Shown piece by piece: positions 22,137 to 31,154 of a stretch of DNA of 35,093 nucleotides. Within the stretch, counting starts at the first letter, position 1, and each line of letters starts with the position of its first letter. Source of the DNA: Guillardia theta CCMP2712 (taxonomy: Eukaryota > Protista > Cryptophyta); NCBI RefSeq assembly GCF_000315625.1, contig NW_005434572.1, positions 1 through 35,093 on the forward strand. Reading direction: 5' to 3'. Position numbers and translations under genes: made by a program. A model generated the notes under the pieces. The model did not search any database. It was not told the DNA's origin and saw nothing but the letters and a program-made list of their open reading frames with translations.

Positions 22137-23300
22137 TGAGGACGAGGACGAGGATGAGGATGAGGACGAGGACGAGGACGAGGACAAGGACAAGGACAAG
22201 AAGGGGGGCATTGGTGCTGTAAGGCTGCTCTCTCACCTCTGACAGCTTGAGCGTCTTGTTCGCAACCGCCTGGCTGGTGGCGGGGGAGAGGATCATGGAG
22301 AAGTACAAGGGGATGTTCGAGAGGTTCAGCAGAGTGAAGTCGCGGTAGTAGATGCCTCCGGGCACGCAGGAGCTCAGCATGATCTCCGTGGGCTGCAGTG
22401 CCAGCACCGACTTGCACACTTGAGCAAGCAGCCTGACGCTGCAGGTGTGGATCTCCCCTCCCTCCGTCGACCCTCCCCCGAGGATCTTTCCGGTGAAGTT
22501 CAAGGTCCCGGACACGGACACAGGCGAGTTGACCGTCCCTGAGACTGGCCCGATGACGCTCTTGCTCGAGGTAAGGGAGACCGCGTCTCGCTGCCCTCCA
22601 ATGATCGTCTGCTTCGAGCTCAAGGCGTCATCTTGGTTCTCCCAGTCGTACCGTGCGGGAAGGTAGGTCAGCACGACTCTCTGCTCGCTCCGAGCTGGGA
22701 TCTGAAGCTCGTGGATAATTCCTATAGTGTTGAAGAGCTGATTGAAGTCGTTCTCAGCTCCTAGCGATGCACTCGAGCTCGAGTCACTGTCTGGCAGGTT
22801 GTCATTATGCAGCTGGAAGCTGATTTCCTGAGGACGATCGGAGCTCAGGTGGACCAGCATCGGCCCCTCCCCGTGGTTACGGATCTTGATCGCTCGGAGC
22901 ACATGGTTCCCGTTGCTCGTCACCTTCCCAAGGTCCAGCACTGCGCCCACATCCACGTCCAGCATGCGTTCCGACATCTCCAGCAACCCCTGGCTACCGT
23001 TCCGATCCTCTGCAATGTCCTGATTCATCCTCAAGGGCTGTCGATCACCACCATTCGCCCCTCCTCCTGCTCCTCCTCATGCTGCTCATGCTGCTCATGC
23101 TGCTCGTGCTGCTTTCTCCGTCTCTCCCACCAGACATGCGCATGTTGGTCTATGCCGTCAAGGCCTCATAGAGCCGACCTGGCTCATCCCTGCAGCAAGG
23201 TTTCACGTGGATGCATCCTGAACAGGTGACAGGCGCTGCTTCTCCTCGCCCGCTCTGAGCAGGTTCGTCGTCGTCTCGTCGGTGCTCGTGCAGAGCTGAA
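21828..23300 (-). CDS. 5' part of a large uncharacterised protein with Ig-like/ASH (PapD-like) beta-sandwich repeats; truncated by the gap, start uncertain
   Basis: Long exon with AIKIRNHGEGPMLVHLSS, ISFQLHNDNL, FNQLFNTI, IPARSEQRVVLTYLP, CVPGGIYYRDFTLLNLSNIPLYF; next piece LPAGQRMRVGVTFTP. The 'I.N.G...l.p.....v.v.f.P' pattern is typical of ASH domains. Confidence 0.65.
22018..22200. repeat. (GGACGA)n hexamer microsatellite, intronic
   Basis: Direct reading. Confidence 0.95.
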
Positions 23301-23851
23301 CAGCTTCGTGTGACAAGTTAGCATCGAGCAGATAGCAAGCATGCCCTATGATGACATACATGAACTTATAAGGCCTCTGTATTCATCAGAACTCATCTAC
23401 CTACTTGAACAACGTTCTACATCCTCTTCCGCATTGCCTCTCCAAAGAATTTCCTTGCCACGTTTCCTTACCGCTTTCATTGTGATGCCATTTACCCCGA
23501 TTCCACAAACGTGAAGCGCGTAAAACCTTTTTCTCCTCACACTCAGACTGTGTCAAGCCCTGCCTTCTCGATCTTTTGATCTCTCTCCTCCCTCTTCCTA
23601 CTCTACTCTACTCTTTCTCCTCTCCTCGTCCCTCCCTCCCTCCCTCCCTCCCTCCCTCCCTCCTCCCTCTCTGTCTTCAGCAATGGCATGCTCCACTGAA
23701 GGTGAGTGAGATAACTAAAACATTGGTTATATTATGAAGTAAAACATCTAGTACACTATTAAAATGCCTTGTATAAATGGTCTACTAAACTAAAAAGCTT
23801 TGTATAGCAAGGTCGTGGGAAAGGTAGCAAACATTTGCTGCCCTTTGCAAC

Positions 23852-24021
23852 TTTACTCAAAGTTAAGTTAAAAATTAGTACGAGGACAATCTTCCTTTAA
23901 AACTCACCGTTACTGCCGAGCGCCGGGGGCCCGGCTCCGCTGGGTCCGGGCGCCGCTCAGTCGCAGCCGGCCGCCCGGCCAGTCCGGGCCGACCTCTTTT
24001 ACTCAAAGTTAAGTTAAAAAT
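23852..24021 (+). repeat. 24-bp direct repeats TTTACTCAAAGTTAAGTTAAAAAT flanking a CCGG-dense GC-rich spacer
   Basis: Copies at 23852-23875 and 23998-24021. Confidence 0.85.
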
Positions 24022-25566
24022 GACCCCAAACTCAAGTTGACCGATGGTGCCACCGGGCGGCCCGGCTGCCGGCTGCCACCGGAGTGGGCCAGGGTGGCAG
24101 CAACGACACTCCCAGTTCCATGATTGAAGGCAATGCGGGCTCGGATTGAATCCACTTGTGACTTGAGCAGTCACGGTAAGATAGGAGTGCATATTAATTC
24201 ATATCTACAATCAAAAAACATCATTAACAACAACGAGCCTAATAAGACCACAAAATCTCAGTGTTTGTCTTCTGCTTTTGAAGGTAGGCGTCGAGGAATG
24301 TCTGATCCGACCACAGCACGACCTTCTTCTTGCAGGATCCTTGCTTTCCATCTTGACTTGACAGAACAGGGCTTCCACATTCCGAGGGGGAGCCACGAGC
24401 TACAGTAGTAGTGGTACTGTACATCATTCCATTGGGTTCTCAACTGGATTTTATTCCGTCTCGGCGGGGTCTTTTTCTACCTGGATTTTTCTGAATGAAT
24501 AGGTTTTGGATTTCAAAGCGAAAATTTTCCTTGAAATGTTTTACTTCTGTCAAACCACGCCATTTCAAATTGTGGGATCCTGCCAGCACCGTGCCATTTC
24601 TGGAATTTTTTTAAACGTTGTACAGAATGTACCAATGTTGTACACGGTGTCAGTTTGGGAGACTCACGTTCAAGCAGATCGCGCCCTGTGGGCACCATGT
24701 TGTGAGATGCATACATCAATGTGATGACAAGAACATCTTTTGATGCCAAATTTGACCAGATTTGAATGTATCATGTGGGAAAACGACTGCATGCAGAGTG
24801 TTTTGAGGATGATCATCGGATGCATATCATGTTGCAATAAGAATTTTGTGGAAAGGAAATATTTGAATCTCAGTTCGTTGAGTTGCGTGTAAATGCAAAT
24901 ATGCTTTGAAGCATTGTGAGCATAGTTGTAACTGTGCATTGACTTGTAATAGTGTAAGGTATGCATTCAAATTTGCATGCTCACGCTATCCAATAATTGT
25001 GTGACTTTCCTTGTCATACTTGCACTGAAACACCTCAATTCTGATGTGCCAAAGCCCTGATCAGCTGTTTTCACACTTTCAGAAGGGAAACATGAAAGGA
25101 ATCGATCAGAGAGGCAACCTTCGAAGACATAAAGGAAATGCTGTTCTCCTTATTGCGATGACGGCCTAGCTTCCTGTACCAGAATGCTTCGTCGGTTGTA
25201 TATGAAACATATTTCAAGAGACTTGCTGGTGCTTTGCCATGATTGCATTTTTTTAGGCTTCTCCCAACGCATTCCACAACAGTTTGAGTCTTGTGAAATG
25301 CTCTCAACAGCCAGTGGCATGGCGATTGTAATATGTCATTGGAGTTTGAGAGGCTGGGGGAGGAGAGATGAGGGGAGAGGGGAGGGGGGAAGGAGAGGGG
25401 ATAGGAGGGGTTGGAAGGAAAAGCGAAGCCTGGGAAGTATTGATATGCTGATCGCGAGAGACTGGGAGATGCCAGAGGAGAGACGGTTTACTCAAGACCA
25501 CTAGCGAGGAAGGGAGGAGGGCTTGGAGGAGAGGCGAGGAAGGAGAAAGCTTCGGGTAGAGACGGT

Positions 25567-25770
25567 TTACTTGATACCACTAGCGAGGAAGGGATGCCTC
25601 AGAGCCTCCTGTGCAGTCATCCTCGTGCGGGCATCGATATCGAGGCAGCGGCGGTTGAGGAAGTCCCAGATCGCATGTTTCTCCTCCACCACCAGCCAGC
25701 CCTTGCCTCCCGCTTTCGCGCTCAGGGAGCTTGATAAGGTCAGGGCATAGCTGAGATGCCGTTCGAATGG
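25567..25770 (-). pseudogene. Protein kinase C-terminal fragment (subdomain XI, CMGC/DYRK-like)
   Basis: AIWDFLNRRCLDIDARTRMTAQEALRHPFL followed by a stop; no intact upstream kinase subdomains found. Confidence 0.65.
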
Positions 25771-25795
25771 TAGCATCCCCAGGCTTCCCGCCACC

Positions 25796-25950
25796 ATATC
25801 ACCCTCATCCTCATCCTCACCCTCATCCTCATCCTCATCCTCATCCTCATCCTCATCCTCATCCTCATCCTCATCCTCATCCTCATCCTCATGATACAAC
25901 AACAACTACAATACCAACAACAACAACAACAACGATACCAACAACAACAA
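25796..25950. repeat. (CATCCT)n followed by (CAA)n-type microsatellite
   Basis: Direct reading. Confidence 0.95.
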
Positions 25951-26180
25951 TTTTACTTCAACGTCGAACTTGCATTCTTCGATGACATTTCTGATCTTAT
26001 CTCTGTACTGACCCGTTTACCCATAGTTGTGCTTCCACTCAGCGTCCATGCTCTTGATGTGCATGCGCAAGCTGCAGTGCTCAGACCATACAGTCAGACC
26101 AGCGCACTTACTTACACAATGAGTGTACCAGTAGATCTCCATGACCGCCATGTTGTCATGTACAGACAAACAAACAAACC

Positions 26181-26428
26181 AACAGTACGGACAAACGAAC
26201 AAACAAACAGTACGGACAAACGAACAAACAAACAGTACGGACAAACGAACAAACAAACAGCACGGACAAACAAACAAACGAACAGTACGGACAAACAAAC
26301 AAACGAACAGCACGGACAAACAAACAAACGAACAGTACGGACAAACAAACAAACGAACAGTACGGACAAACAAACAAACGAACAGCACGGACAAACAAAC
26401 AAACGAACAGTACGGACAAACAAACAAA
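26181..26428 (+). repeat. 25-bp minisatellite, about 10 units (AACAG[T/C]ACGGACAAAC[G/A]AACAAAC[A/G])
   Basis: Contiguous 25-nt units with no unique spacers. Confidence 0.95.
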
Positions 26429-28777
26429 CCTTCCCTTCAAATTTCAAAGTGTTAGCAAATTTTTTGGATGTGTGAAATCAGATTGGTTACATGTTATAAT
26501 CAGACGCAATGGGTCGGGCACGCATGTCGCGCCAACGATGATTGTTTCCTGGGGTTGAAACACGCATAAGCCCACAATCAGCTGCGTTGAGAGGCATCGA
26601 GACTAGAAGAAATGGAGATAATATGTCCTCCAATGAAAACATTGACTTTCAAGATGTGCCACCTTCCAGTTTACATAAACCCCTGTTCTTGAAGATTCAA
26701 AGTTCCTTCCTATCTCAACTTCAGAGTTCGATTGAAGTTCGATGGACAAATAGCACCCTGGGCTTACGGGTTCTTTTAACTCCTGGTTGTTGAATCCGCT
26801 ATCATGAAGATCACGATGATCTATGCCAGGTTGTTCACAGGTGCGTTTCCGCTTGGCAACAAATAGCAACGCTTAGCAGATGTGATTGTTTACACATCCT
26901 CATTGTCATCCCTATTGTGATCAGTAGAGTTTCAATTGTCTTTGGTGAAAATTCAAACCTTGTTGCCAACATGATTCATTTAGGATCCTGACACCTCTGT
27001 TTCGATTTGCATGCAACATCATTCTATTTGTTTGCATCTCCTTCTTTTGAAAAGTGTATCTCAGAGTGTTATACGGTCTACTGTGACATCCTCCCGAAGT
27101 TCCTCCTGTCCATTGCGTGCTTTGTGTTCTGTGAGCCGCTACTACCAGGACAGTGCTGCTTCAGAGCTGTTGTATACAAGGGACCACAGTAATCACCATC
27201 ATGGTCAAGCATCTTTTATTTGTTGGCAAATAAACAATCTTCAGAAACTGTTATTACGCAGATTCAAGTTTGCATGACTGATACAGCCTCTGCCTACTCT
27301 ATATATCGCTTGATCCCTGGTATCACAGCCTAGATGTCAAACATGCAATACTATCTCGGAGTGTGCAAGACACTTTCCTGAAATTGCATGGTTGGAGCAA
27401 TTGCGAGAAAGGATTTGCAGAGAGAATAAGCATTTGCACGGGTTGTCATGAAAGATGCTTCATCAACATCATCGGCAATGCCGCAGTAACACGATGATAC
27501 GATTCACTGCCGTGATTATCAGCGTAGAAAGGAATCTCATATCGACACGTCTGAAGCAAGCATCTGATACAAACGATTATCTTCTTAAAACTCTGAATAT
27601 CGCCAACCATATCATGTACCTGCCATTGTCCAATCAGCACATCTACAGTGTTCCCGATGCAACTCACTGGCCATATAGGTTTGTGCCACGAAGGATACCG
27701 TAGACCATGAGACAGAGAGAAACACAAGGTAGACACTGTTTCGTATGATGTTTTTGCTTACCATCACAGTTTCAAAATACATGCTGAGATCGGCTGTTGC
27801 TATGCCATCTTCTGTCCATTCTGAAATTACACTTGAACATTTTGAATGAATCGTCATTGTGCAAAAATTTGAATTTTTTGCTCAGCTTTGACATCATCTT
27901 CGGCCTAAGCTAAGTGATCTAAGTGGTCTTAGTGCAATTTGAGGCAGCGTGGTAATGATAGAGATGTTGCATTGGCTTTATGTTGAGGAAGAGATGTTGA
28001 GTTCAAATCTCTTGCTACTTCTTGAATTTCACAGAAGAGACCAAGTCATCACAAATAGACAAGTAACCGTATCTTCGTTTCCTGCATATCAATGCATGGT
28101 TAGATTCGAAGTCTCACATTGTTCATTATCGTCCTTACGCGCGTCAATGGGACAATCTCACCATCTCTTGTTCGTCGAGGGAGGGGGGGGCTGGAGTGGA
28201 GACAAATGGGGGGACCCCCTACCCATCATTTTCCCATTTGAAATTCAGAGACTGGGGGGTAGAGGGTGAACCTTGGTCAAATTCGAACCGTAAAACTCGC
28301 AACGCTCGAGAGTGTGACCCACCCTACGCGACAACGAGGTTTGGAATGGAAATAATGGGGTCAAAGGCGTGGCGATTCAAACCCACATCGCGGCCACCCC
28401 CCTCGAGTATAAGACTCTAGCTCAGGTGGGTGCTGTTTGACCACGCGTTCGAATCCTAACGGCAATCGAAGAGATTGCTTTTCAGCGTCAATTCCACTAC
28501 CAGAATGCCCAAGACTTTTATGATTCTCGCCCACTCCTGAAATCAGACTACCTACCCTGACTTCATCTCTTCTGAGACATACGGGTGGTGTAGAGGTGAT
28601 AGTCGAGGGAGCTCTGCCAGCCCACGGGAAATGCTGACATTGACAGTACAAACTTAGTACGGAGGGGAAAAGGGGATCCTGATACAAAAATCCTTGAACC
28701 CGGTAAAACTCAATTATACCTCGGTACAAACAGGCTAGCCTGGTACAAACAAATCCAGTCGAGAACCCAATGGAATG

Positions 28778-29233
28778 CACGCGATACCCGGAGGCAGCCG
28801 ACTGACCACTGTCAGTCGAGACGTCCGCTGCCGCCACAAAGCGGGCGGCCGCGGACGGAGAAAGGGCAGCCGCCGACAAGGAGCCGGCGTTGCCCGGGGG
28901 TCCGCCTGGGGCAGCGGACGGAGGGAGGCTGGACACATGAACACGGTACCGCTCGAGGCAGTCCTCCTCGCTAGCCTCCGAGTCAGCGGTAGCCGAGTCA
29001 GTGGTAGGCGGCGACGCCGCGGCAACACTTCGAGGTCGTCACTGGCGGGATTACACTTGGCGGCCTGCCTATCGGCACGGCCCCGTCGGATGGATTTCAT
29101 GCTAGTCAGCTCCGAGCGAAGGTTTCTAGCAACATAGGATTTACTGGCAGAAGGTAAAAAGTGCCTCAAGCAAAACAAAGCAGGAACAACCTAAACCTCC
29201 AGGCACACAGCACACAGCGAGAAGCTGCACAAA
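28778..29233 (-). mobile_element. Inverted fragments of the CRE-like retroelement: 3' UTR and terminus (29233-29134), unassigned segment (29133-29026), ORF C-terminal tail (29025-28778)
   Basis: Reverse complement matches about 31055-31154 and about 30641-30900. Confidence 0.9.
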
Positions 29234-31154
29234 CATAATGCTGGAGCGATCCTCTACCGTCGTGTGAAGGCTCCTGCACCGGCTGCAGATGGCGCGGCGA
29301 TCCCACCTGCCCCGGCTGCTGTGCCTGATGACGCAGGACGCCCCCCGGCATCTGTGGTACACATCCCTGGTTTGCGCGCTCTCGTCGACTCGTCTCATGA
29401 GCACTTCATTCCTCCGCCTGCGCAGCGAAATGTGACTCCTCTTGTCATGCGCGTCTTCCCTCGCCATGTGCATGCTCGCGCTGCGCTGACCGATCAGCAG
29501 CGTGATATCCTCACCTTGCACAGCCGCAGGACACACTCGCTCAAGTCGCAGGATAGGGTCTTGCAGTCTACCATCTTCGCTCATTTTCCTGAGCGAGACC
29601 TGAGCCACTCTCCGATGCGAGTCTCGAGCTACTACCCCCTCAAGGCCTTCCCGCACCGCTATGCTCAGATGCTCGACTGCTATCTCCATGGCATGCCGAT
29701 CTGCCAGTGTCCGACGGAATGTGATGGATGTCAGCGCGAGCTCGATCCCTCCGTTGCTGCACATCATCTCCAGACCTGCAAACGCCGATCCTCCAAGCTT
29801 CCAACGGCGCATGACAACCTTACTCGTACGATTCGGTCGATGCTGAACGAAGCTGGTCTTCAGAGCGTCATCGATACAGTGGGGGATCCTCGTTCTCGAC
29901 GGCAGGTACCCTCCCATCCTCATGGCCGCAAGATGAAGGGCGATATCCACATCCCTGGAATCCGCGATCGAGGGTCCGAGCAGTACGAGGGCTTGATGGC
30001 GGACGTGACGTTGGTCCACCCTTACATTGGTAGCTCTCCAAGTGGGGGGAGGTCAACCTCGACGCCCTCCATGTTGCAGCGTCTGAGAAGATTCGCAAAC
30101 ATCGCGCTGCATATGCTATGACTACTCCTCCTCGAGCGTTCATCCCTCTTGCCATCTCGACGGACGGTACCCTGCATCCTGACACCCTCCGCTTCATCTG
30201 GTATCTTGCGGACATCATTGCTCAGCGCTCGATGCCTCTTGAGGATGCGGCGTTTGGTCGGCACTTCGTGCCTGATGACGGACCTGCTGCTGAGGTCTTG
30301 GCTCGCAAACGCGCCGCCACCTATCAGCGCCTCACCATGCAGCTGACGCTGGAAGCGCTCTTGTCTGGTGCGCAAGCACTCCTCGAGCCAGAGGACAGCT
30401 CCTCCTCGGACTTTGTCGAGTCGCCCGAGGAGTCTTCGCCGGAGGTCTCCGACTCCGATGGGGGACACCCTTCGAGTGGCCCCGACGATGGGCGCGGAGC
30501 TGGCGACTCGGAGGCGTCTCCGTCCCTCACTGTGACGTCGGGTGCCTCCGGAGAGCTCGACACCACTGGGGTGCTTGCTGCTGGTCCGAGCTCGCCTGCT
30601 TCCTCCCCGGCATCGGTCGGGTCACGCCGGTCCTTGGGCATTGCCGCGGCGTCGCCGCCGTCACGGGCGGCTACCGCTGACTCGGCTACCGCTGACTCGG
30701 AGGCTAGCGAGGAGGACTGCCTCGAGCGGTACCGTGTTCATGTGTCCAGCCTCCCTCCGTCCGCTGCCCCAGGCGGACCCCCGGGCAACGCCGGCTCCTT
30801 GTCGGCGGCTGCCCTTTCTCCGTCCGCGGCCGCCCGCTTTGTGGCGGCAGCGGACGTCTCGACTGACAGTGGTCAGTCGGCTGCCTCCGGGTATCGCGTG
30901 TAAGGGATTTTCTTCCTCCTGCATGCTCCTGCTGCTTGTTGCTTGATTGCTTGACCCTTAGGCTGCTTGTCTGCGCGGCTTCGCGCTTGGGCTGGCGATG
31001 CCGCGTCTGGGTGCCAGCAGTGCTGGTTCTTTTCGGGCTTGTGTTTTGTGTGTGATTGTGCAGCTTCTCGCTGTGGACTGTGTGCCTGCCGGTTCAGCTT
31101 GTTCCTGCTTTGTTTTGCTTGAGGCACTTTTTACCTTCTGCCAGTAAATCCTAT
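29234..31154 (+). mobile_element. 5'-truncated CRE-like non-LTR retrotransposon copy 1 (zinc knuckle, RLE endonuclease, acidic tail, 3' UTR); frameshifted
   Basis: CDGC-x10-HHLQTC zinc knuckle, AHDNL, KGDIHI, ADVTLVHP, (after a frameshift) AASEKIRKH, FIPLAISTDG. TAA at 30901-30903; ends TAAATCCTAT. Confidence 0.85.

Larger units (their letters stand above)
24425..28777. mobile_element. Candidate TIR-bounded non-autonomous DNA element (27-bp inverted repeats, 1 mismatch); no TSD or transposase recognised
   Basis: CATTCCATTGGGTTCTCAACTGGATTT at 24425-24451 versus the reverse complement of 28751-28777, CATTCCATTGGGTTCTCGACTGGATTT. The interior is mostly AT-richer than the flanking genes. Confidence 0.5.

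Noticed and set aside
26181-26428. CRISPR array
   Set aside because: Units are contiguous with no unique spacers, there are no cas genes, and the context is eukaryotic.
26790-26830. HRDLH as proof of a kinase catalytic loop
   Set aside because: It lacks the following KxxN and an in-frame DFG; kept only as a weak hint.
28410-28470. Functional tRNA gene
   Set aside because: No acceptor stem or T-stem pairing, and no room for an anticodon arm.
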